From assembly GCA_964016885.1 (NCBI GenBank), contig CAXHJY010000442.1, forward strand, positions 1 through 64,000: a DNA stretch of 64,000 nt, written 5' to 3'. Source of the stretch: Eledone cirrhosa (lineage: Eukaryota). Below are positions 29,101-43,700 of this stretch, piece after piece. Positions within the stretch are counted from its first letter, which is position 1; every line of letters starts with the position of its first letter. Made by a program: the position numbers and the translations under genes. The notes under the pieces were generated by a model. It was not told the DNA's origin, did no database searches, and was given only the letters and a program-made list of their open reading frames with translations.

Positions 29101-32100
29101 CTAAAATTCCTAAAATTCCTAAAATTCCCAAAATTCCAAAAATTCCTAAAATTCCTAAAATTATTAAAATTCATAAAATTCATAAAATTCATAAAATTCC
29201 CAAAATTCCAAAAATTCCTAAAATTCATAAAATTCATAAAATTCATAAAATTCCCAAAATTCCAAAAATTCCTAAAATTCATAAAATTCATAAAATTCAT
29301 AAAATTCATAAAATTCATAAAATTCATAAAATTCATAAAATTCATAAAATTCATATAATTCATAAAATTCATAAAATTCATAAAATTCATAAAATTCATA
29401 AAATTCATAAAATTCATAAAATTCATAAAAATTCAAAAAATTACGAAAATTCCAAAAAAATTACGAAAATTCCTAAAATTCAAGAAATTCAAAAAATTCC
29501 TAAAATTCTTGAATTTCATAAAATTCCTAAAATTCCTAAAATTCCTAAGATTCCTAAAATTCCCAAAATTTATATAATTCATAAAATTCCTAAAAATTCA
29601 TAAAATTCATAAAATTCATAAAATTCCTAAAAATTACTAAAATTCCAAGAAATTCAAAAAATTCCTAAAATTCCAAAAATTCCTAAAATTACTAAAATTC
29701 CGAAAATTCTTAAAATTCCTAAAATTCCTAAAATTCCTAAAATTCCAAATATTCCTAAAATTCCTAAAATTCATAAAATTCCTAAAATTCCTAAAATTCA
29801 TAACATTTCTAATGTTCCTAAAATTCATCAAATTCCAAAAATTTCTAAAATTCCTAAAATTCCTAAAATTTAAAAAATTCATAAAAATCCTAAAATTCAT
29901 AAAATTAATAAAATTCATAAAATTCCTAAAATTCCTAACATTCCTAAAATTCCTAAAATTCCAAAAATTCATAAGATTTATAAAATTATTAAAATTCCTA
30001 AAATTCCTAAAATTCATAAAATTCATAAAATTTATAAAATTCATAAAATTCATAAAATTCCTAAAATTCCTAAAATTCATAAAATTCATAAAATTCATAA
30101 AATTCATAAAATTCATAAAAATTCATAAAATTACGAAAATTCCAAAAAATTACTAAAATTCATAAAATTCAAAAAATTCCTAAAATTCTTGAATTTCATA
30201 AAATTCCTAAAATTCCTAAAATTCCTCAGATTCCTAAAATTCATAAAAATTCATAAAATTACGAAAATTCCAAAAAATTACTAAAATTCATAAAATTCAA
30301 AAAATTCCTAAAATTCTTGAATTTCATAAAATTCCTAAAATTCCTAAAATTCCTAAGATTCCTAAAATTTATATAATTCAGAAAATTCATAAAATTCCTA
30401 AAGATTCATAAAATTCATAAAATTCATAAAATTCATAAAAATTCATAAAATTCCAAGAAATTCAAAAATTACTAAAATTCCCAAAATTCCTAAAATTCCT
30501 AAAATTATTAAAATTCATAAAATTCATAAAATTCATAAAATTCATAAAATTCATAAAAATTCATAAAATTCCGAAAATTCAAAATAATTCCTAAAATTCC
30601 TAAAATTCTTAAAATTCCTAAAATTCATAAAATTCATAAAATTCATAAAATTCCAAAAATTCCTAAAATTCCTAAAATTCCTAAAATTCCTAAAATTCCT
30701 AAAAATACATAAAATTCCGAAAATTCAAAAAAATTCCTCGAAATTCCTAAAAATACATAAAATTCCGAAAATTCCTAAAATTCCAAAAATTCCTAAAATT
30801 ACTAAAATTCCGAAAATTCTTAAAATTCCTAAAATTCCTAAAATTCCTAAAATTCCAAATATTCCTAAAATTCCTAAAATTCATAAAATTCCTAAAATTC
30901 CTAAAATTCATAACATTTCTAATGTTCCTAAAATTCATCAAATTCCAAAAATTTCTAAAATTCCTAAAATTCCTAAAATTTAAAAAATTCATAAAAATCC
31001 TAAAATTCATAAAATTAATAAAATTCATAAAATTCCTAAAATTCCTAACATTCCTAAAATTCCTAAAATTCCAAAAATTCATAAGATTTATAAAATTATT
31101 AAAATTCCTAAAATTCCTAAAATTCATAAAATTCATAAAATTTATAAAATTCATAAAATTCATAAAATTCCTAAAATTCCTAAAATTCATAAAATTCATA
31201 AAATTCATAAAATTCATAAAATTCATAAAAATTCATAAAATTACGAAAATTCCAAAAAATTACTAAAATTCATAAAATTCAAAAAATTCCTAAAATTCTT
31301 GAATTTCATAAAATTCCTAAAATTCCTAAAATTCCTCAGATTCCTAAAATTCATAAAAATTCATAAAATTACGAAAATTCCAAAAAATTACTAAAATTCA
31401 TAAAATTCAAAAAATTCCTAAAATTCTTGAATTTCATAAAATTCCTAAAATTCCTAAAATTCCTAAGATTCCTAAAATTTATATAATTCAGAAAATTCAT
31501 AAAATTCCTAAAGATTCATAAAATTCATAAAATTCATAAAATTCATAAAAATTCATAAAATTCCAAGAAATTCAAAAAATTACTAAAATTCCCAAAATTC
31601 CTAAAATTCCTAAAATTATTAAAATTCATAAAATTCATAAAATTCATAAAATTCATAAAATTCATAAAAATTCATAAAATTCCGAAAATTCAAAATAATT
31701 CCTAAAATTCCTAAAATTCTTAAAATTCATAAAATTCATAAAATTCATAAAATTCATAAAATTCCAAAAATTCCTAAAATTCCTAAAATTCCTAAAATTC
31801 CTAAAATTCCTAAAAATACATAAAATTCCGAAAATTCAAAAAAATTCCTCGAAATTCCTAAAAATACATAAAATTCCGAAAATTTAAAAAAATTCCTCAA
31901 AATTCCTAAAATTCCTAAAATTCCTGAAATTCCTAAAATTCATAAAATTCATAAAATTCCTAAAATTCCTAAAATACATAAAAATTCCTAAAATTCCTAA
32001 AATTCCTAAAATTCAAAAAATTCCTAAAATTCCTAAAATTCCTAAAATTCCTAAATTCCTAAAATTCCTAAAATTCCTAAAACTCCAAAAATTCATAAAA

Positions 32101-33860
32101 TTCATAAAATTCATAAAATTCATAAAATTCATAAAATTCATAAAATTCATAAAATTCATAAAATACATAAAAATTCCTAAAATTCCTAAAATCCCTAAAA
32201 TTCAAAAAATTCCTAAAATTCCTAAAATTCCTAATATTCCTAAATTCCTAAAATTCCTAAAATTCCTAAAATTCCTAAAATTCCTAAAATTTATATTATT
32301 CCTAAAATTACTAAAATTCGTAAAATTTTAAATTTCATAAAATTCATAAAATTCATAAAATTCCCAACATTCCTAAAATTCCTAAAATTTATAATTCATA
32401 AAATTCCTAAAATTCATAAAATTTATAAAATTCCTAAAATTACTAAAATTCGTAAAATTCCTAAAATTCCTAAAATTCCAGAAAATTCCTCAAATTCCAA
32501 AAATTCATAAAATTAATAAAATTCCTAAAATTCAAAAAGTTCATAAAATTCCTAAGATTCCTAAAATTCCTAAAATTCCAAAAATTCATAAAATTCATGA
32601 AATTCAGAAAATTCCTAAAAATTCATAAAATTCCAAGAAATTCAAAAAATTCCTAAAATTCATAAAATTCTTAAAATTCCTAAAATTCCTAAAATTCCTA
32701 AAATTCCCAAAATTCCAAAAATTCCTAAAATTCCTAAAATTATTAAAATTCATAAAATTCATAAAATTCATAAAATTCCCAAAATTCCAAAAATTCCTAA
32801 AATTCATAAAATTCATAAAATTCATAAAATTCCCAAAATTCCAAAAATTCCTAAAATTCATAAAATTCATAAAATTCATAAAATTCATAAAATTCATAAA
32901 ATTCATAAAATTCATAAAATTCATAAAATTCATAAAATTCATAAAATTCATAAAATTCATAAAATTCATAAAATTCATAAAAATTCAAAAAATTACGAAA
33001 ATTCCAAAAAAATTACGAAAATTCCTAAAATTCAAGAAATTCAAAAAATTCCTAAAATTCTTGAATTTCATAAAATTCCTAAAATTCCTAAAATTCCTAA
33101 GATTCCTAAAATTCCCAAAATTTATATAATTCATAAAATTCCTAAAAATTCATAAAATTCATAAAATTCATAAAATTCCTAAAAATTACTAAAATTCCAA
33201 GAAATTCAAAAAATTCCTAAAATTCCAAAAATTCCTAAAATTACTAAAATTCCGAAAATTCTTAAAATTCCTAAAATTCCTAAAATTCCTAAAATTCCAA
33301 ATATTCCTAAAATTCCTAAAATTCATAAAATTCCTAAAATTCCTAAAATTCATAACATTTCTAATGTTCCTAAAATTCATCAAATTCCAAAAATTTCTAA
33401 AATTCCTAAAATTCCTAAAATTTAAAAAATTCATAAAAATCCTAAAATTCATAAAATTAATAAAATTCATAAAATTCCTAAAATTACTAATATTCATAAA
33501 ATTCATAAAATTCATAAAATTCCTAAAAATTCATAAAATTCCGAAAATTCCTAAAATTCCTAAAAATTCATAAAATTCCGAAAATTCCAAAAAATTCCTA
33601 AAATTCCTAAAATTCCTAAAATTCCAAAAATTCATAAAATTCATAAAATTCCTAAAATTCCTAAAATTCCTAAGATTCCTAAAATTCCTAAAATTCTTAA
33701 AATTCCTAAAATTCCTCAAATTCCTCAAATTCCTAAAATTCATAAAATTTCTAAAATTCATAAAATTCATAAAATTCCTAAAATTCCTAAAATTCCTAAA
33801 ATTCATAGAAATTTCTAAAATTTCTAAAATTCAAAAAATTCCTTAAATTCCTAAAATTCC
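14370..33860. repeat. Tandem higher-order duplication of about 9.7 kb (14370-24080 ~ 24080-33860)
   Basis: ORF-track pairs at offset 9708 (14435/24143, 15528/25236, 16193/25901, 17086/26794). The offset becomes 9770-9771 after a 63-bp (7-unit) length difference (19254/29025, 19866/29637, 22834/32604, 23761/33531). Confidence 0.92.
17690..23710. repeat. Nested duplications with offsets of about 3.58 kb and 1.11 kb inside the 9.7-kb unit
   Basis: ORF pairs 19254/22834 (3580), 19866/20977 and 20041/21152 (1111). The marker 'ctaatgttcc' occurs at about 20038, 21149 and 23591. Confidence 0.85.
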
Positions 33861-36800
33861 TAAAATTCCTAAAATTCCTAAATTCCTAAAATTCCTAAAA
33901 TTCCTAAAATTCCTAATATTCCTAAAATTTATAAAATTCCTAAAATTACTAAAATTAGTAAAATTTTAAATTTCATAAAATTCATAAAATTCATAAAATT
34001 ACGAAAAATTCATAAAATTACGAAAATTCGGAAAAATTCCTAAAATTCCTAAAATTCAAAAAATTCAAAAAATTCCTAAGATTCTTAAATTTCATTAAAT
34101 TCATAAAATTCCTAAAATTCCTAAGATTCCTAAAATTCATAAAATTTATATAATTCATAAAATTCCTAAAATTCCTAAAATTTATAAAATTCCTAAAATT
34201 ACTAAAATTCGTAAAATTCCTAAAATTCATAAAATTCCTAAAATTCCTCAAATTCCAAAAATTCATAAAATTAAAATTCCTAAAATTCAAAAAGTTCATA
34301 AAATTCCTAAGATTCCTAAAATTCCTAAAATTCCAAAAATTCATAAAATTCATAAAATTCATAAAATTCATAAAATTCATAAAAATTCATAAAATTCCAA
34401 GAAATTCAAAAAATTACTAAAATTCCCAAAATTCCTAAAATTCCTAAAATTATTAAAATTCATAAAATTCATAAAATTCATAAAATTCATAAAATTCATA
34501 AAAATTCATAAAATTCCGAAAATTCAAAATAATTCCTAAAATTCCTAAAATTCTTAAAATTCCTAAAATTCCTAAAATTCATAAAATTCATAAAATTCCA
34601 AAAATTCCTAAAATTCCTAAAATTCCTAAAATTCCTAAAATTCCTAAAAATACATAAAATTCCGAAAATTCAAAAAAATTCCTCGAAATTCCTAAAAATA
34701 CATAAAATTCCGAAAATTCAAAAAAATTCCTCAAAATTCCTAAAATTCCTAAAATTCCTGAAATTCCTAAAATTCATAAAATTCATAAAATTCCTAAAAT
34801 TCCTAAAATACATAAAGATTCCTAAAATTCCTAAAATTCCTAAAATTCAAAAAATTCCTAAAATTCCTAAAATTCCTAAAATTCCTAAATTCCTAAAATT
34901 CCTAAAATTCCTAAAACTCCAAAAATTCATAAAATTCATAAAATTCATAAAATTCATAAAATTCATAAAATTCATAAAATTCATAAAATACATAAAAATT
35001 CCTAAAATTCCTAAAATCCCTAAAATTCAAAAAATTCAAAAAATTCCTAAAATTCCTAAAATTCCTAAAATTCCTAAATTCCTAAAATTCCTAAAATTAC
35101 TAAAATTCCTAAAATTCCTAAAATTTATAATATTCCTAAAATTACTAAAATTCGTAAAATTTTTAATTTCATAAAATTCATAAAATTCATAAAATTCCCA
35201 ACATTCCTAAAATTCCTAAAATTTATAATTCATAAAATTCCTAAAATTCATAAAATTTATAAAATTCCTAAAATTACTAAAATTCGTAAAATTCCTAAAA
35301 TTCCTAAAATTCCAGAAAATTCCTCAAATTCCAAAAATTCTTAAAATTAATAAAATTCCTAAAATTCAAAAAGTTCATAAAATTCCTAAGATTCCTAAAA
35401 TTCCTAAAATTCCAAAAATTCATAAAATTCATGAAATTCAGAAAATTCCTAAAAATTCATAAAATTCCAAGAAATTCAAAAAATTCCTAAAATTCATAAA
35501 ATTCTTAAAATTCCTAAAATTCCTAAAATTCCCAAAATTCCAAAAATTCCTAAAATTCCTAAAATTATTAAAATTCATAAAATTCATAAAATTCATAAAA
35601 TTCCCAAAATTCCAAAAATTCCTAAAATTCATAAAATTCATAAAATTCATAAAATTCATAAAATTCATAAAATTCATAAAATTCATAAAATTCATAAAAT
35701 TCATAAAATTCATAAAAATTCAAAAAATTACGAAAATTCCAAAAAATTTACGAAAATTCCTAAAATTCAAGAAATTCAAAAAATTCCTAAAATTCTTGAA
35801 TTTCATAAAATTCCTAAAATTCCTAAAATTCCTAAGATTCCTAAAATTCATAAAATTCATAAAATTCCTAAAATTCCTAAAATTCCTAAAAATTCATAGA
35901 ATTCCGAAAATTCCAAAAAATTCCTAAAATTCCTAAAATTCCTAAAATTCCAAAAATTCATAAAATTCATAAAATTCATAAAATTCCTAAAATTCCTAAA
36001 ATTCCTAAGATTCCTAAAATTCCTAAAATTCTTAAAATTCCTAAAATTCCTCAAATTCCTCAAATTCCTAAAATTCATAAAATTTCTAAAATTCATAAAA
36101 TTCATAAAATTCCTAAAATTCCTAAAATTCCTAAAATTCATAGAAATTCCTAAAATTTCTAAAATTCAAAAAATTCCTTAAATTCCTAAAATTCCTAAAA
36201 TTCCTAAAATTCCTAAATTCCTAAAATTCCTAAAATTCCTAAAATTCCTAAAATTCCTAAAATTTATAAAATTCCTAAAATTACTAAATTTATTAAAATT
36301 TTAAATTTCATAAAATTCATAAAATTCATAAACTTCCTAAAAATTCATAAAATTACGAAAATTCGGAAAAATTCCTAAAATTCCTAAAATTCAAAAAATT
36401 CAAAACATTCCTAAGATTCTTAAATTTCATAAAATTCATAAAATTCATAAAATTCCTAAGATTCCTAAAATTCCTAAAATTTATATAATTCATAAAATTC
36501 CTAAAATTCCTAAAATTTATAAAATTCCTAAAATTACTAAAATTCGTAAAATTCCTAAAATTCATAAAATTCCTAAAATTCCTCAAATTCCAAAAATTCA
36601 TAAAATTAAAATTCCTAAAATTCAAAAAGTTCATAAAATTCCTAAGATTCCTAAAATTCCTAAAATTCCAAAAATTCATAAAATTCATAAAATTCATAAA
36701 ATTCATAAAATTCATAAAAATTCATAAAATTCCAAGAAATTCAAAAAATTACTAAAATTCCCAAAATTCCTAAAATTCCTAAAATTATTAAAATTCATAA

Positions 36801-37740
36801 AATTCATAAAATTCATAAAATTCATAAAATTCATAAAAATTCATAAAATTCCGAAAATTCAAAATAATTCCTAAAATTCATAAAATTCTTAAAATTCCTA
36901 AAATTCCTAAAATTCATAAAATTCATAAAATTCCAAAAATTCCTAAAATTCCTAAAATTCCTAAAATTCCTAAAATTCCTAAAAATACATAAAATTCCGA
37001 AAATTCAAAAAAATTCCTCGAAATTCCTAAAAATACATAAAATTCCGAAAATTCAAAAAAATTCCTCAAAATTCCTAAAATTCCTAAAATTCCTGAAATT
37101 CCTAAAATTCATAAAATTCATAAAATTCCTAAAATTCCTAAAATACATAAAGATTCCTAAAATTCCTAAAATTCCTAAAATTCCTAAAATTCCTAAATTC
37201 CTAAAATTCCTAAAATTCCTAAAACTCCAAAAATTCATAAAATTCATAAAATTCATAAAATTCATAAAATTCATAAAATTCATAAAATTCATAAAATTCA
37301 TAAAATTCATAAAATACATAAAAATTCCTAAAATTCCTAAAATCCCTAAAATTCAAAAAATTCCTAAAATTCCTAAAATTCCTTAAATTCCTAAATTCCT
37401 AAAATTCCTAAAATTACTAAAATTCCTAAAATTCCTAAAATTTATAATATTCCTAAAATTACTAAAATTCGTAAAATTTTAAATTTCATAAAATTCATAA
37501 AATTCATAAAATTCCCAACATTCCTAAAATTCCTAAAATTTATAATTCATAAAATTCCTAAAATTCATAAAATTTATAAAATTCCTAAAATTACTAAAAT
37601 TCGTAAAATTCCTAAAATTCCTAAAATTCCAGAAAATTCCTCAAATTCCAAAAATTCATAAAATTAATAAAATTCCTAAAATTCAAAAAGTTCATAAAAT
37701 TCCTAAGATTCCTAAAATTCCTAAAATTCCAAAAATTCCT
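33540..37740. repeat. Higher-order duplication, offset about 2.33 kb
   Basis: ORF pairs 33531/35857 and 34018/36353. The marker 'cctaagattcttaaatttcat' occurs at about 34075 and 36410. Confidence 0.8.
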
Positions 37741-40700
37741 AAAATTCATAAAATTCCAAAAATTTCTAAAATTCCTAAATTTCATAACATTTCTAAAATT
37801 CATAAAATTCATAAAATTCCAAAAATTCCTAAAATTCCTAACATTCATAAAATTCCAAAAATTCATAAAAATCCTAAAATTCATAAAATTCATAAAATTC
37901 ATAAAATTCATAAAATTCATAACATTCATAAAATTCCTAAAATTCCTAAAATTCCTATAAATTCCTAAAATTCCTAAAATTCTTAATATTCCTAAAATTC
38001 CTAATATTTATAAAATTCCTAAAATTCCTAAAATTCCTAAAAATACATAAAATTCCGAAAATTCAAAAAAATTCCCTCAAAATTCCTAAAATTCTTAAAA
38101 TTCATAAAATTCCTAAAATTCCAAAAATTCCTAAAATTCCTAAAATTCCTAAAATTCCTAAAATTCCTAAAAATACATAAAATTCCGAAAATTCAAAAAA
38201 ATTCCTCAAAATTCCTAAAATTCCAAAAATTCATAAAATTCATAAAAATTCATAAAATTCCTAAAATACCTAAAAATTCATAAAATTCCGAAAATTCCAA
38301 AAAATTCCTAAAATTCCTAAAATTCCTAAAATTCCAAAAATTCATAAAATTCATAAAATTCCTAAAATTCATAAAATTCCTAAGATTCCTAAAATTCATA
38401 AAATTCATAAAATTCATATAAATCATAAAATTCATAAAATTCATAAAATTCATAAAATTCATAAAATTCATAAAATTCCTCAAATACATAAAAATTCCTA
38501 AAATTCCTAAAATTCCTAAAATTCAAAAAATTCCTAAAATTCCTAAAATTCCAAAATTCCTAAAATTCCTAAAATTCCTAAAATTCCCAAAATTCCAAAA
38601 ATTCCTAAAATTCCTAAATTTCATAACATTTCTAAAATTCATAAAATTCATAAAATTCCAAAAATTCCTAAAAGTCCTAACATTCATAAAATTCCAAAAA
38701 TTCATAAAAATCCTAAAATTCATAAAATTCATAAAATTCCTAAAATTCCTAAAATTCATAACATTCATAAAATTCCTAAAATTCCTAAAATTCCTAAAAA
38801 TTTATAAAATTCCTAAAATTCCTAAAATTCCTAAAAATACATAATATTCCGAAAATTCATAAAATTCATAAAATTTATAAAATTCCTAAAATTAAAATTC
38901 GTAAAATTGTAAAATTCATAAAATTCATAAAATTCCTAAAATTCATAAAAATTCATAAAAATCCTAAAATTTATATAATTCATAAAATTCAGAAAATTCC
39001 TAAAAATTCAAAAAATTCAAAAAATTCAAAAAAATTGTTAAAATTCCTAAAATTCATAGAAATTCCTAAAATTCCTAAAATTCCTAAAATTCCTAAAATT
39101 CCTAAAATTCATAACATTTCTAAAATTCGTAAAATTCATAAAATTCATAAAATTCATAAAATTCCTAAAATTCCTAAAATTCCTAAAATTCCAAAAATTC
39201 ATAAAAATCCTAAAATTCCTAAAATTCATAAAATTCATAAAATTAATAACATTCATAAAATTCCTAAAATTCCTAAAAATTCATAAAATTCCGAAAATTC
39301 CAAAAAATTCCTAAAATTCCTAAAATTCTTAAAATTCCTAAAATTACTAAAATTCCTAAAATTCCTAAAATTCCTAAAATTCCTAAATTAATAAAATTCC
39401 TAAAATTCCTAAAATGACTAAAATTCGTAAAATTGTAAAATTCCTAAAATTCCTAAAATTCCTAAAATTCCTAAAAATTCCTAAAATTACGAAAATTCGG
39501 AAAAATTCCTAAAATTCCTAAAATTCCTAAAATTCCTAAAATTCCTAAAAATACATAAAATTCCGAAAATTCAAATAAATTCCTCAAAATTCCTAAAATT
39601 CCAAAAATTCATATAATTCATAAAATTCCTAAAATTCCTAAAATTCATAAAATTCATAAAATTCATAAAATTCCTCAAATACATAAAAATTCCTAAAATT
39701 CCTAAAATTCCAAAATTCCTAAAATTCCTAAAATTCCTAAAATTCCAAAAATTCCAAAAATTTCTAAAATTCCTAAATTTCATAACATTTCTAAAATTCA
39801 TAAAATTCATAAAATTCCAAAAATTCCTAAAATTCCTAACATTCATAAAATTCCAAAAATTCATAAAAATCCTAAAATTCATAAAATTCATAAAATTCAT
39901 AAAATTCATAAAATTCATAACATTCATAAAATTCCTAAAATTCCTAAAATTCCTAAAAATTCCTAAAATTCCTAAAATTCTTAAAATTCATAAAATTCCT
40001 AAAATTCCAAAAATTCCTAAAATTCCTAAAATTCCTAAAATTCCTAAAATTCCTAAAAATACATAAAATTCCGAAAATCCAAAAAAATTCCTCAAAATTC
40101 CTAAAATTCCAAAAATTCATAAAATTCATAAACATTCATAAAATTCCTAAAATACCTAAAAATTCATAAAATTCCGAAAATTCCTAAAATTCCTATAATT
40201 CCTAAAATTCCTAAAAATTCATAAAATTACGAAAATTCGGAAAAATTCCTAAAATTTCTAAAATTCCTAAAATTCCTAAAATTCCTAAAAAAACATAAAA
40301 TTCCGAAAATTCCAAAAATTCATATAATTCATAAAATTCCTAAAATTCATAAAATTCATAAAATTCATAAAATTCATAAAATTCCTCAAATACAAAAAAA
40401 TTCCTAAAATTCCTAAAATTCCTAAAATTCAAAAAATTCCTAAAATTCCTAAAATTCCAAAATTCCTAAAATTCCTAAAATTCCTAAAATTCCCAAAATT
40501 CCAAAAATTCCTAAAATTCCTAAATTTCATGACATTTCTAAAATTCATAAAATTCATAAAATTCCAAAAATTCCTAAAATTCCTAACATTCATAAAATTC
40601 CAAAAATTCATAAAAATCCTAAAATTCATAAAATTCCTAAAATTCTTAAAATTCCTAAAATTACTAAAATTCCTAAAATTCCTATCCTAAAATTCCTAAA

Positions 40701-43700
40701 ATTCCTAAATTCATAAAATTCCTCAAATACATAAAAATTCCTAAAATTACTAAAATTACTAAAATTCGTAAAATTGTAAAATTCCTAAAATTCCTAAAAT
40801 TCCTAAAATTCCTAAAAATTGATAAAATTACGAAAATTCGGAAAAATTCCAAAAATTCCTAAAATTCCTAAAATTCCTAAAATTCCTAAAAATACATAAA
40901 ATTCCGAAAATTCAAAAAAATTCCTCAAAACTCCTAAAATTCCAAAAATTCATATAATTCATAAAATTCCTAAAATTACTAAAATTCATAAAATTCATAA
41001 AATTCATAAAATTCCTCAAATACATAAAAATTACTAAAATTCCTAAAATTCCTAAATTTAAAAAAATTCCTAAAATTCCTAAAATTCCAAAATTCCTAAA
41101 ATTCCTAAAATTCCTAAAATTCTCAAAATTCCAAAAATTCCTAAAATTCCTAAATTTCATAACATTTCTAAAATTCATAAAATTCATAAAATTCCTAACA
41201 TTCATAAAATTCCAAAAATTCATAAAAATCCTAAAATTCATAAAATTCATAAAATTCCTAAAATTCATAACATTCATAAAATTCCTAAAATTCCTAAAAT
41301 TCCTAAAAATTCCTAAAATTCCTAAAATTCTTAATATTCCTAAAATTCCTAATATTTATAAAATTCCTAACATTCCTAAAATTCCTAAAAATACATAAAA
41401 TTCCGAAAATTCAAAAAAATTCCCTCAAAATTCCTAAAATTCTTAAAATTCATAAAATTCCTAAAATTCCAAAAATTCCTAAAATTCCTAAAATTCCTAA
41501 AATTCCTAAAATTCCTAAAAATACATAAAATTCCGAAAATTCAAAAAAATTCCTCAAAATTCCTAAAATTCCAAAATTCATAAAATTCATAAAAATTCAT
41601 AAAATTCCTAAAATACCTAAAAATTCATAAAATTCCTAAAATTCCTAAAATTCCTAAAATTCCTAAGATTCCTAAAATTCCTAAAATTTATATAATTCAG
41701 AAAATTCAGAAAATTCGTAAAAATTCATAAAATTCAAAAAATTCAAAAATATTCCTAAAATTCCTAAAATTCTTAAAATTCCTAAAATTCCTCAAATTCC
41801 TCAAATTCCTAAAATTAATAAAATTTCTAAAATTCATAAAATTCATAAAATTCATAAATTCCAAAAATTCCTAAAATTCCTAAAATTCCTAAAGTTCCAT
41901 AAATTCATAAAAATCCTAAAATTCCTAAAATTCATAAAATTCATAAAATTCATAACATTCATAAAATTCCTAAAATTCATAAAATTCCTAAAAATTCCTA
42001 AAATTCCTAAAATTCCTAAAAATACATAAAAAAACGGAAATTCAAAAAATTCCTCGAAATTCCTAAAATTCTTAAAATTCCTAAAATTCCTAAAATTCCA
42101 AAAATTCCTAAAATTCCTAAAATTCATAAAATTCATAAAATTCATAAAATTCATAACATTTCTAAAATTCATAAAATTCATAAAATTCCAAAAATTCCTA
42201 AAATTCCTAACATTCATAAAATTCCAAAAATTCATAAAAATCCTAAAATTCATAAAATTCATAAAATTCCTAAAATTCATAACATTCATAAAATTCCTAA
42301 AATTCATAAAATTCCTAAAAATTCCTAAAATTCCTAAAATTCTTAATATTCCTAAAATTCCTAATATTTATAAAATTCCTAAAATTCCTAAAATTCCTAA
42401 AAATACATAAAATTCCGAAAATTCAAAAAAATTCCCTGAAAATTCCTAAAATTCTTAAAATTCATAAAATTCCTAAATTGCCAAAAATTCCTAAAATTCA
42501 TAAAATTCCGAAAATTCCTAAAATTCCTAAAAATACATAAAATCCCGAAAATTCAAAAAAATTCCTCAAAATTCCTAAAATTCCTAAAATTCCTGAAATT
42601 CCTAAAATTCATAAAATTTATAAAATTCCTAACATTAAAATTCGTAAAATTGTAAAATTCATAAAATTCATAAAATTCCTAAAATTCATAAAAATTCATA
42701 AAATTCTTAAAATTCATAAAATTCCTAAAATTCCAAAAATTCCTAAAATTCCTAAAATTCCTAAAATTCCTAAAATTCCTAAAAATACATAAAATTCCGA
42801 AAATTCAAAAAAATTCCTCAAAATTCCTAAAATTCCAAATATTCCTAAAATTCCTAAGATTCCTAAAATTCCTAAAATTTATATAATTCATAAAATTCAT
42901 AAAATTCCTAAAAATTCATAAAATTCAAAAAATTCAAAAAAATTGTTAAAATTCCTAAAATTCATAGAAATTCCTAAAATTCCTAAAATTCCTAAAATTC
43001 ATAAAATTCCTAAAATTCATAACATTTCTAAAATTCGTAAAATTCATAAAATTCATAAAATTCATAAAATTCATAAAATTCCTAAAATTCCTAAAATTCC
43101 AAAAATTCATAAAAATCCTAAAATTCCTAAAATTCATAAAATTCATAAAATTAATAACATTCATAAAATTCCTAAAATTCCTAAAAATTCATAAAATTCC
43201 GAAAATTCCAAAAAATTCCTAAAATTCCTAAAATTCTTAAAATTCCTAAAATTCCTAAAATTCCTAAAATTCCTAAAATTCCTAAATTAATAAAATTCCT
43301 AAAATTCCTAAAATGACTAAAATTCGTAAAATTGTAAAATTCCTAAAATTCCTAAAATTCCTAAAATTCCTAAAAATTCCTAAAATTACGAAAATTCGGA
43401 AAAATTCCTAAAATTCCTAAAATTCCTAAAATTCCTAAAATTCCTAAAAATACATAAAATTCCGAAAATTCAAAAAAATTCCTCAAAATTCCTAAAATTC
43501 CAAAAATTCATATAATTCATAAAATTCCTAAAATTCATAAAATTCATAAAATTCATAAAATTCATAAAATTCCTCAAATACATAAAAATTCCTAAAATTC
43601 CTAAAATTCCAAAATTCCTAAAATTCCTAAAATTCCTAAAATTCCAAAAATTCAAAATTTCTAAAATTCCTAAATTTCATAACATTTCTAAAATTCATAA

